DNA of 64,000 nucleotides from Lobosporangium transversale (Eukaryota): NCBI RefSeq assembly GCF_002105155.1, contig NW_019028981.1, positions 1,612,001 to 1,676,000 of the forward strand, read 5' to 3'. Shown piece by piece: positions 1 to 11,179 of this stretch (position 1 is its first letter; each line of letters starts with the position of its first letter). The notes under the pieces were generated by a model. It saw only the letters and a program-made list of their open reading frames with translations, ran no database searches and was not told where the DNA came from. The position numbers and the translations under genes were made by a program.

Positions 1-1245
1 ACATCACGTCATGTCAATAGTATCGAATCAGTGGGCAATTCCCTTTACTGGTTATCCAACTGTATATTATAAATACATTTCGGCGAAAGCTACTTCAAGT
101 GAGAGATGGGGGAATTTATCGGAGATGGTAGGTTTTTAACGCTTACGAATCGCAGCTCTTGAACCACCCCCTAGCGCTTTTGATAGTATCTCATGGCATT
201 AGCTGTTTCCCGCATCTGATATTATATACAGTTCAACCAGAATATATCTATATACAGAATGATGTTTTTAAACAGGCAGATGTCAGTGCTTTTCACTCAT
301 CGCATTTTTTATTCCGCCACATGCCTCTACCAAATATCCTCTCCTATCAGATGCCTCTCTTTACATCTTTTTCTTGGCTCCCATTTTTGCTATTGGGCTA
401 CCCTGTGATATCCAATTAACCAACCAGTCAATGCTAAGCTTCGATACTCTTTAATTCAATGCTTATGGATATATATGGTGTATTGAGCACACTGTATCGG
501 TCCAAGCCGCCCGGTGCCAGTCATTTGCTTGCTTTGTTCGTTGTAAGAGAAGAACGTCATGTGGCAATGCGTCTTTTCTACTTGAAAGAGGGGGATCTGC
601 AATCAAGAGTCTTCACCGATGGCAAAGAGGGGGCTCATTAGCATATCAAGTAAAACACATATCATCAGCAATTGAATATTAGTCAGATCTACTCTAATTT
701 ATGCCACTATAGACGGCCACAAAAGAGCCTAACAACTTGCGGACGCGGCTATCGAAATAATCTTATCATTGTAACAATTGCATACAAATACAAAGGGGAG
801 GTTTCCTCATCACTTTCCTCCAAGGCGGTTTTTTACTCATTTAGCAGCAAGCAATGTCCTTTCCTCAAAGGTAACGCAAACAATCTTCTTTTTTTTTCCT
901 GCTCTTCGAAAATAGACACATATGTAGATCATATAGGCATACTAGATTTTGATTAAAAGAGGATGGCAGTGGCTTGTACGCCCCAGTGTAGCCGACAGCT
1001 GGTCACAGAGCCGTGCTACATAGGTTGTTTTGTAAGGTGAAAGGATGAGCTCTTGCTAGTGCTTATTCTACGATCGGAACAGATAAAGCAATTGCTGGTC
1101 GCATATGTTTGTTCAAAAGTATAGTATTTCAGTATCTCTTTTATTGTTTTAGTTGGCTAGGTTTATGGACAATCTTGGATCGAGATAAGAGAAGGAATAG
1201 CTAGGCGTAGAACAGAGTTGTTCTGAAAGGTGCATTGTGAATCAC

Positions 1246-1458
1246 TTAGCAGTCGGCTCCACAGCAGCAGCGGCCCCAGTCACAGTCTCCATTCAAGCCA
1301 TACTTGGGACTACGCTCATTCCAATCACAAGCGTTAAGGCAATCTTGATCGATCAAACATTGTCCTCTCCTGGACGTACACCTTCTGCAAATATCAGCAT
1401 TAGCCACGGCGATGAAGCTGAGGACAATCAAGGCAAAAGAGAAGCTTTGGATTTTCAT
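1246..1458 (-). CDS. Secreted 10-Cys defensin-like (CS-alpha-beta) peptide, copy 1
   Basis: 70 aa; signal peptide MKIQSFSFALIVLSFIAVANA; mature part C-x2-C-x6-C-x5-C-x3-C-x14-C-x4-CCC-x3-C with a GDC gamma-core-like motif; three paralogues in the window. Confidence 0.9.
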   Translation of the reverse strand: MKIQSFSFALIVLSFIAVANADICRRCTSRRGQCLIDQDCLNACDWNERSPKYGLNGDCDWGRCCCGADC

Positions 1459-3249
1459 AGTGGTAAAGAGGTTTGGATGTCAGGTAGGACGCTTGGAGGT
1501 TCTGTCAAAGGCTATTGCGGCTCTTCTTGAGGGAAGTTCTTGGTGTTCTTTGTGAGGACTGGAGTCTTGAAGGAGGTTTGTTGAGTTGTAGTAAACGACA
1601 CGGAAATGGCAGCCTTTTTATATTCGTGATGTGGATCATCTCTTGACAAGACTATCCCATTCTTGTACCTAGATCATGCTCTAATCTGATTAGCATGAAT
1701 AGTAAAAGAGCTACTGACCTATGCAGGGACATCTTGTTTTTTTGACTATGCAAAAAAGCCTGTTGGTTGTGGATCTAACGTACTGTTGCATAGTGCTGTA
1801 GTAAGAGGTCTAACAGACAAAGTGTATGTAGCAAAGAGGCCCTACTGTATAGTATCGAGTTAGAATATGGCGAACAGAGTCAATGTGTTTTAGAAAAGGG
1901 CTAAAAACAACCATGTTTGCTTGACATGACATAAACACTGCATGATCCCTTGACTGTGTTGTTTTCCTTCAATTCTTCGAAAAGTGATTGCTAGACCATA
2001 AGGTCTGGCTGCGGTTCCAAGTACAGCATGGGCCTCTGTAAGCAGAATGACCCTCCCCCTTGTAGCTCGTACATATCGTTTTGAGACCACTTTTCCAAAG
2101 CTTCCTTTCCATACGAATTTATCTTGTCCTGTTCACCTTCAGTTGGCTTTGTAGGTGGTTTTTCCAACAATACATCGTACAGGAAGCTAGGGTAGTGAAG
2201 CTGTGCGGAAAATTTTACTAGACAGCGTAGGAGGAAGGATACCACGGCCAAGGAGCATTAACGGGGAAATATTTACACATTCGCATTGAACTAAAGGGTG
2301 TTACATGCTGTTATCCATGTATTACGTTAACTGGTGTAACCTCGCATGCGTGCTGACTACGTTTGCTATTATTGACTAGATGTACGCGCGCTGTTAGTGT
2401 AACTTACTATCGACTCGTGTATGCCTTCTTAATGTTTATACTAATTTATTTTTATTTTAGTTTAGCAGAATCAATGCGCAGCGCTAAATGCTTCTTTTCC
2501 TATTCATCAGATCAAGATATATATTAATAATTAAGTATTCTCAGCAAAAAGAGGGACTCGTCACGTAAAATATGCTCGGCGAGCAATAATGACTTCTTAC
2601 TTGTCGTAAACAGTTCGCTTTGGCTCCTGAGTCATCCACTGTAGACGAGTTTGTTGAACTGAGTATTATAAGTTGTATATACAGAATATCGTAGTGATAA
2701 AGGCTCATCTTTCTTTAATAGTATGTCGTTGATAGGACATTGGCTTCTACACTATTTTAACTACAGTCCTTTCTTAACATAAGGGACTCTCCTCTTTTAT
2801 CGATAAATTTCAAGCCCAAAACATATTTTTTCTCTTTTTCAAACAATTTCACTGTGACCCACTGAAGACGACCCAACAAGGGCAGATTCCATCGCGAGGA
2901 AATAAAAAAATTTGTTTCATCAAATCGAGATCCCTGAGAATAGGGTGTCTTCTAGGCAGTTTAGAAGGAAACCTCTTTATTTGCAAATTGAAATAATCGG
3001 GACTGCCGTATCTTCAAGATATCCTCCCTTATTTTTATGCTGCATTTTTATTTTGTATATTATTTTTCGTTTATTTGTGTACGCTACTGTTGTATATAAT
3101 TTTACTTGATTTTACTTTATTGTATTATTATACAATGTCGATTTTATTCGCAAAAAAGACCCGAGTCAATAAAAAAGCTACGCAAAGATGAGGTAGAGCA
3201 CTAGATTCTTTAACGAGGCAAGAGCCGACCGAGGCGAAACCGGAAACAC

Positions 3250-3430
3250 GGATAAGGTTTTTTTTGATGACAAAATCAAAGAGCTGCAAGAGACCTGTCC
3301 TGCAAGCAATGGTAAGTATAAATGTATCACATTCCAGCAAACTTTGTTTTAACTTTTCTGGCCAATCAAATAAGGGTTTTTGTTGGACAAGTTGCTCAAA
3401 GATGAGGGAATTTTTCCAGTGCTGTCACCC
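3250..3430 (-). pseudogene. Possible pogo/Tigger (DDE_1) transposase relic
   Basis: TIACRTGLLQLFDFVIKKNL resembles the pogo motif IP.G.TG.LQPLD..INKPF; short and interrupted. Confidence 0.35.
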
Positions 3431-3726
3431 CTTGTTATATTTATAAATCAATACAGTATTCACATACTACACAAACTCGGCCTCTTCTGCACTCCTCACT
3501 GCAGTACTTTGCAAGAGTACTTTACATCAGTACTTTAGACCCTCCCTTACTAATATGCATCTGAGTGTTATTCGCATTAGGTTCGTAGACGTCAAAAAAA
3601 AAAAAAAAAAAACAAGATGTCCCTGCATAGGTCAGTAGCTCTTTTACTATTCATGCTAATCAGATTAGAGCATGATCTAGGTACAAGAATGGGATAGTCT
3701 TGTCAAGAGATGATCCACATCACGAA

Positions 3727-3734
3727 TATAAAAA
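3727..3734 (+). promoter_or_regulatory. TATA box of defensin-like copy 2 (mirrored for copy 1)
   Basis: TATAAAAA ~160 nt upstream of the ATG; TATAA in homologous context upstream of copies 3 (~9788) and 4 (~13058). Confidence 0.55.
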
Positions 3735-3890
3735 GGCTGCCATTTCCGTGTCGTTTACTACAACTCAACAAACCTCCTTCAAGACTCCAGTCCTCACAAA
3801 GAACACCAAGAACTTCCCTCAAGAAGAGCCGCAATAGCCTTTGACAGAACCTCCAAGCGTCCTACCTGACATCCAAACCTCTTTACCACT

Positions 3891-4103
3891 ATGAAAATCC
3901 AAAGCTTCTCTTTTGCCTTGATTGTCCTCAGCTTCATCGCCGTGGCTAATGCTGATATTTGCAGAAGGTGTACGTCCAGGAGAGGACAATGTTTGATCGA
4001 TCAAGATTGCCTTAACGCTTGTGATTGGAATGAGCGTAGTCCCAAGTATGGCTTGAATGGAGACTGTGACTGGGGCCGCTGCTGCTGTGGAGCCGACTGC
4101 TAA
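3891..4103 (+). CDS. Secreted 10-Cys defensin-like peptide, copy 2 (identical to copy 1)
   Basis: Identical 70-aa translation. Confidence 0.9.
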   Translation: MKIQSFSFALIVLSFIAVANADICRRCTSRRGQCLIDQDCLNACDWNERSPKYGLNGDCDWGRCCCGADC

Positions 4104-5560
4104 GTGATTCACAATGCACCTTTCAGAACAACTCTGTTCTACGCCTAGCTATTCCTTCTCTTATCTCGATCCAAGATTGTCCATAAACCTAACCAACTAA
4201 AATAATAAATGAGATATTGAGATACTATACTTTTGAACAAACATATGCGATCAGCAATTGCTTTATCTGCTCTGGTCCCAGAATGAGCACTAGCAGGAGC
4301 TCAAAGCCTTTTCGCTTAACGAATTCCATTTATATATATATATATGTGTGTATATATTTGCAAGGAAGTGTGAAAGTATGAGTCTTGTAAGCGAATTTAG
4401 TTCTTGGTAATCATTCTTTACAAAACTCTAAAATGTTCCTTTTATACCCTCCCTTTACTGCTGCTCGATGAGGTCTTGTGCTTGCCGGATCATCTTTGTC
4501 ATTCTGCCTCTTACTATCATACAATAAAACTATTTGTCATACCAGCTTTTTTCTAAGACTCTTTTACTACATGTACTCTACAGCCACAAGGCCTCATACC
4601 TGCCATATCTCTGAAAAAGATCGATGGTTCTTCTCTCATCTATATACTATACCGAAGTCCCTTGGCTGTGAGTTACAAGTGACATAGTCCCGCCACGAAA
4701 TGCCACAGCATCAAACTAACAGCCACAAGCCTATAAATCTTCAATGTAGCCCAGTGAAATATGCAATAAAGAATGTCATGTATTTCGGACACTTCAATGT
4801 GTGTGCCTATATTTTCCAAACTCCAATCTCGATGAGAAAAAAAAAGTACCATAGGCACTGTATGTGTGTCCTAGATAAAATAAAATAACAGGGATGTATT
4901 AAAAGGGATAATGGATGTAGGTTAATAGTTTCGCTTACATCTAGTGCCTCGCTTCCTGAAGGAAGCAACTCTCGACTTCCTTAGACCCAACCCCTTCCTT
5001 TGGTTCCTATAGTAATGATTGCAAAGTGGAAGCTGTGAAATGCTTGTATTGCCCGTCAAAAATCGCTCAATCCCCTAAAATGTGGGGAACCAACTGAATA
5101 TGGGCGAACCATTATTTTAGATGTATAACAATAAATGCATACAGAAGAGAAAAAAAAAAACTATTATATATTACAAATATTAGTGCTTTATAACTCCTAC
5201 AATTTGATGTCATTTTCTTTATTCTATCTTGAGCGGAAATGGTGCAAGGCTTGTTACGTCTTTACATAGACGAATGACCATAATCAGTATTGTCCTCAGC
5301 AAACATATTTTAAAAATTACCAACTCAGTTGATATAGGAGTAGAATATGTTCGTGATCAATAATTGGACAATGTTTCCGTAATAGCAGCTTTGTTTGTGC
5401 TGAAGAACACTTGTTTGCTTCCCTTGGCACTGATTGCTCCGTTTTTCCCTCTTTCTCCGCTTCTTCACCTTCGTTTGGACGCTGAACATCCTCCAAAATC
5501 TTCTCTAACCTACTCCGTCCTTTCCTTGCTGCTACATCAAACAAACCCAGTTCACCAGCC

Positions 5561-7528
5561 ATGACTATCTATAAATCTCCTATCCCCGATCAGGTTATCC
5601 CTCAGATCAATGTTTACTCCTTTGTTGCCTCCAACCCAAACAATATAAAGGATTCATATCCAATCTTTATAGATGCCTTGACGGGGAGAGTTGTTACTTT
5701 TGGTGAATGGAAACGTGATACTCGCCGTTGGGCTACCGGTCTCCAGTCTCTTGGCTTCAAGCGCGGCGATGTTTTGGCGCTCTTTTCATTCAACCAGGTT
5801 GACTATTCCATCCCTATGTTTGGCTCACTCCTTCTTGGGGGCATCGCCACCACTGTCAATCCTGGATATACTGCAAATGAGCTGGCTTATCATCTCGAAG
5901 ATTCAGGTGCATCGATTATCGTCACACACCCTGAATTACTTCCTGTCGCTATTGAAGGGGCCAAGAAAGTTGGTCTTCCCCTCAGCAAGATCTTTTTATA
6001 CGGCAACAAAGAAGTCGACGGCTTCAAGCCCTATAGCGCTACTTTCCCTCCAGAAAACACAGTTGAGGACTTGTTGGCTCCCGTAGCTGAGCTGAAGGGG
6101 AAGGATGCTACTGAAACCATCGCGCTGATTTGCTACTCTAGTGGCACTACTGGCAAGAGCAAGGGAGTAGAATTGACGCACTTTAATCTAATTTCCAATA
6201 TCATGCTAATAATAGCGATGGAGAGAGGTATTGACATACAGGGAGTCGCTTTCTTAGATGTGGTGCCGATGTATCACATGTAAGAAGATCAACTGGTTTG
6301 TGCCTTAGTTAGCAGAATAGTCATGGGTGCTGTTAATGTTTACAATCTGTTACTGACAAAAAAATGAGATCTGTCGATTGAAAAATTTACTGCGCTAGTT
6401 ATGGCATTCAGTTTCATATCATACATGGCATCTATAACGTAAGTATGGCTTATTGCATACATGATGGCGAGAATAAAAAGATATTAGAGTCGATCAACCC
6501 AACAGGCGGAGAGTATAACAACGCAAACTTACACTAATACGGTACTTCTTTCCTTGTACCTGCCTTATATCTATGTCGGTATTTCTCCTCAAATCAGGGT
6601 TCCAAGACTGTTGTCCTTCAAAAGTACAGCCCAGTCGACTTCTTAAAGGCTATTCAGGAATACAAGAGTAAGATTTATTTCCTCATTTGTTTAGACGACT
6701 GGCTTTAAAATCTATAAATCTAACTTTCAACTCAATGTTTCAGTCGCGTTTCTCAACTTGGTACCACCTCAGATCCTCATGCTAGTGAAAGCACCTATTG
6801 TCGACCAGTATGATCTCTCGAGCGTTCGCTTTGTCATGTCCGCTGCTGCCCCTTGCTCGCGTGAACTGAGCATGGGTCTCTTAAAGAAGTTTCCTAGAAT
6901 CCAATTCCGTCAGGCATATGGAATGACAGAGTTGTCTGGTGTCTCGCACATGGGACTTTATCACAAGGTTATCCATGGCTCCATTGGATATATGGTGCCT
7001 AACCAAGAGGTTCGTTTGGTAGACCCTGAGACAGGAAAGGGCGCCGGGGTAGGGGAATGCGGAGAAGTTTGGGTGCGTGGGCCAAATGTCATGAAGGGCT
7101 ATCGCAACAATGTCAAAGGGACCAAGGAGACAATTGACTCTGAGGGATGGCTGCGCACTGGAGACATTGCTATTGTGGATAAGGATGAGAATTTTTACAT
7201 TGTAGACCGTCTGAAAGAGCTTATCAAGTACAAAGGATTCCAGGTGGCGCCCGCAGAGTTAGAAGCGTTGTTGTTGGATCATCCACTAGTTTTGGATGCA
7301 GCTGTCACTAGTGTCGAGGACAAGGAGCAAGCAACAGAGGTGCCTCTTGCATTTGTAGTGAAAGCACCTAGGGAGGGTCAGGCCTTAACAGAAAAGGATA
7401 TCCAAGACTATGTGGCCTCGAAGGTTGCGGGACACAAGAAGCTGCGTGGTGGTGTCCGCTTTATTGAGGCAATTCCCAAATCTGTATCAGGCAAAATCCT
7501 TCGAAGAGAGCTTCGGTTGCTTCTGTAG
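5561..7528 (+). CDS. 4-coumarate-CoA ligase-like / luciferase-like acyl-activating enzyme (~537 aa; exons 5561-6279, 6399-6438, 6598-6667, 6744-7528)
   Basis: YSSGTTGKSKG AMP-binding loop, AYGMTE, GEVWVRGPNVMKGY, GWLRTGD, DRLKELIKYKGFQVAPAELE, PKSVSGKILRR; introns join in frame. Confidence 0.93.
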
Positions 7529-10029
7529 CCTTCCGAGGCTAGGTTTTGAATGGAATGGAGAAATGGGGGCTGTAGGAATGATAGCAATAACAACCCCGTT
7601 ATTATATGTTACATCATCCTTATTCATTTAAAATTGCTCATAAAGCTACATAGTCAATACGAATAAGAATAAATTAGAAACATGTGCTGTTAGTTTGAAA
7701 AAATATGTGTTGCCAGCAATTGACCTATCTCTTCTAGTTCTGGAATAAATATTAGCAATGACTTTTACCTCCCAAGATTATTTTACATAGCCTACCACCG
7801 TCCATACAGGCGAGTACCAATGTTCATTTAGTGTGCTAGAAAAAATACAAAACCTATTATATTTAGTTAATGGTAAAGGTCTCAAAGTGTTTGTACTGCC
7901 ATTCTGGGTGTTAATAGGGAAAAAGACTTGACAAGTAAAAAATCGCCTTAATGGGGAAGCAGTGAGTAAATTACTCCTTTATAGTGATCAAGTTATTTCG
8001 ACAGACGTGTCTACTTCATTGATATATAGGCTTCTTTGTGTTAGTGGCGTACCAGTATTGCAGTTCAATGACAGTTACCTGGTTTACCAATGGCCATCTC
8101 TAAGGTAATCCCCTTGCCATCAGCGAAGACTGCTTGGTTGTCGAGCTCTCCCTCTTTCGAGTGGCTAAAACATCGCTCTGCTTGATGCTCCTCTCTTTAA
8201 ACGGGTCAGTCTAGATAAACGGCCAATACTGGATAACCTGTGCCGGTAACAAACACAGTATCATATATATTCACAGGCAATGAGTTAAAGAGGATCAAAG
8301 AGTAAACAGTAACTGGTTGATCAAAATGAATATTATGACATAAAGCAAAAATAAGAATGCGTGTCGAGAGAGAGATATAATAAGCATTTGCCAGAAGAAG
8401 TTATTTGGCTATTACATCCATAGCAAAAAATGACGGGCATGAAAGACAAAAAAAAAAAAAAAAAAATACTGCACACTTTCATACCCACGAGCAAAGCATT
8501 CACCGACCTATACAGCGTAAAAAGGATATGAGAGGGAATAGATTAAGATACCTAGAAAGCGTGTAATGGCTATTGAATAAGAATAAATAAAAACTTGTGC
8601 GTCCTACTTGTCTGGAAAAATACTTCATTCAATTACATCCTCTAGTTCCTATATGAAGCGCAATACCTCTATAGTGCCAACATCTGCAACGAACTCAAGG
8701 GTGATATCAATAGCGTAAAGAGCGAAAAATCTCGGATCACCTGTAAATACCCATCTTTCACTTCTAGCGGTTCTCTAGATAATAGTTTTATATCATATAA
8801 CGTGATATGAAATCAAATAAAAAAAAAATAAAAAAAAATAAAAAAAAAAAAAAGGGCTAAAACCAGGGTATACATGATATACTCAGTCGGTTATCCTAAA
8901 GACTGTTGTATAAATAACTGAAAAGCCAGCTGAAAGGTGAAAGGAACGGGTTCCCATCGAAAGGAGAGTGATCTCAAGCTGATATGTGCAATTGCAGGGC
9001 GGAGGATCATTCTGCTTACAGGAAGCCATGTTGCACTACATGTATCTTGGAGGCACAATTAGGATCTTATGGCCTAACAATCGTTTTTGAAAGAGACTAT
9101 AGAAAGTACAGTTCAAGGTTATTTAACGACTTCCATTGCTGCACTTTTGAGCATTCTGGTTTTTTCGAGCCAATCAACTACGATGGCTATGCGGAATAAA
9201 GTTCCGACGCGAAAAGATTATTTAATTGACTGAGATTCGTTTTGTGCTACATGGACAATCAAACCTTATGGCCTTAATGATTACTTTTCTACACAATATT
9301 TCAAGTAAATGTTGCGCAAGTAAGGCACCAGATTAAGATTAAATGGATATAATGTGTCTATCATTTTACATTATGTTAGATTTGTCATGAAATCAAAGAT
9401 CGGACTATCTGTGCATAATGTGTATGTACAAGAAAGTGAGAAAGTATGAATCTCGTAAGCAAACTTTCCTCTTTGGCGATCACTACAAAAATAATGGTCT
9501 TATAAAAAAAAAATCTCTTAGGCCCCCTTTACGACTATACGACAATTCAACAAGACCATGTTCTTGCCAGATCCCCCTTTCTATTCCATCTTCCCTTATT
9601 ACTGTACAACAAGCACAGGTGTTTATCATACTCTCCTTGTTGTTATCTCCTCCAAGTCCCTTTCGCTACATGTACTCTACAACAAGTCTTCCATACTTAC
9701 CCTGATAAAGGTCATTAATTCCTTTCTCATTCATACCAACCTCATTTTTAAGCTTAATAAATATGGCTTAGAGGACTTCCTTTGTGGATATAAGTAAGCC
9801 GTGGTTTTTTGGTCGCCTTTCATGCCTTACACTACAACTCAACTAAACCTTCTCTTCTCAAACTTTTGATTTAACGCACTACTCGCAAATATCCTTACAA
9901 GGGCCTTTGTACACACAGCCATTCCAATAAGATCTTTATTTTTTCTCAAGGAAAGCCGTAGCAGCATTTGAAAGAACCTTTGATAGAATCGCTGAGCCTC
10001 CAAGCTGGCCCCCAACGCCCTTTATCGTC

Positions 10030-10236
10030 ATGAAGATCCAAAGCGTCTCTCTTGCCTTAATCGTCCTCAGCTTCATCGCAGTGGCCAATGCTGATGTTTG
10101 TAGAAAATGCAATGTCAAGACCGGATTTTGCTTTAGCGATGGAGGTTGTGCTGGTGTTTGCTCCTTACAAAGCCCTAAGTACAAAAACGATGGCGATTGC
10201 TACTGGGGCATCTGCTGCTGTGGAGCCGATTGTTAA
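10030..10236 (+). CDS. Secreted 10-Cys defensin-like peptide, copy 3
   Basis: 68 aa; same signal peptide and Cys scaffold (x12 loop); ends CCCGADC. Confidence 0.9.
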   Translation: MKIQSVSLALIVLSFIAVANADVCRKCNVKTGFCFSDGGCAGVCSLQSPKYKNDGDCYWGICCCGADC

Positions 10237-11179
10237 GGAAAAATGCAGACTACATCCGAACATCTCTATCCTAGGTGAATCATTCTCATTTAGGATTGTC
10301 CATTAAACTAGTCAATAAAAAGAATAAATGAGACGCTAAGATACTGTGATTTTGAACAAATATGTGCAATTACTTGATCTATTCCGATTCGGGGATATGC
10401 GCTAACAAGAGTTCAAAGCCTTTTCACCTTACAAGCCCAACTTGTGTAGCATAACGCGGCGACATACAATCCTGCTTAACCAAGATTTACTATGCCTTTA
10501 TGTTCTACATACGTGTCTGTTTGTGAGAAGATAGATTGTATTATCAATGAGGGAAGGGTCTTGCTTGGTGCTAGGCATGTAGAAAACCGCCTTGGAGGTA
10601 TGTCGCATTATGATGGTTAGGCTCGTGGCTGATTCGATGTTGTGGACGGCGCACTGGTATTGCAATTTCAGTAGCAGATACACTCTCATAGATTAGCGGA
10701 GGAAAGATCTAATTGCTGATGGTACATGTTCTACCTGATTGGTCATTGGACACCCCTAAGCTAGCCTCCTTGCTGCCAGCCAAGGCAGCTCGGCTTTGGT
10801 GAACTATCCTAAAGACTACTGTATATAATGCCTGCAAAGCTAGTTGAAAGGTGAGATGGGTGAGATGAGTAACTATTGAAGAGGACTTTGGGAGAGTGAA
10901 CTCATTATGATATAGGCTATACAAGGGGGACTGGACCCTATCTCTATAATCTTTACGAATATTTGGGAAGAAATTATAGGAAAATAATTGAACGGTCTTG
11001 GGGTTTACAGCCCACCTGAGTAAACATTGTACATGTAAGGGTTTGAATTAAGATTAAATGGATATAAAATGTGGGCAGCCCTTTAGCTTTTTTGAATCGA
11101 ATAGAATAGTCGCTTAAATGCTTGGTTTAAGTGTGGAATATAAACTACAGTGGAATCTCGATAATTGTACACTTTTGTA

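Larger units (their letters stand above)
1158..4191. repeat. Inverted duplication: arms 1158-1743 and 3606-4191 appear identical; diverged homology continues outward (~1045-1157 vs ~4192-4303)
   Basis: Paired coordinates sum to 5349 across the arms; the ORF track gives identical proteins on opposite strands; inner homopolymer differs (7 T vs 19 A). Confidence 0.92.

Noticed and set aside
1237..1530. 97-aa ORFs antisense to the peptide genes (also 3819-4112, 9936-10184, 13189-13437)
   Set aside because: Shadow ORFs; the signal peptide and Cys scaffold are on the other strand
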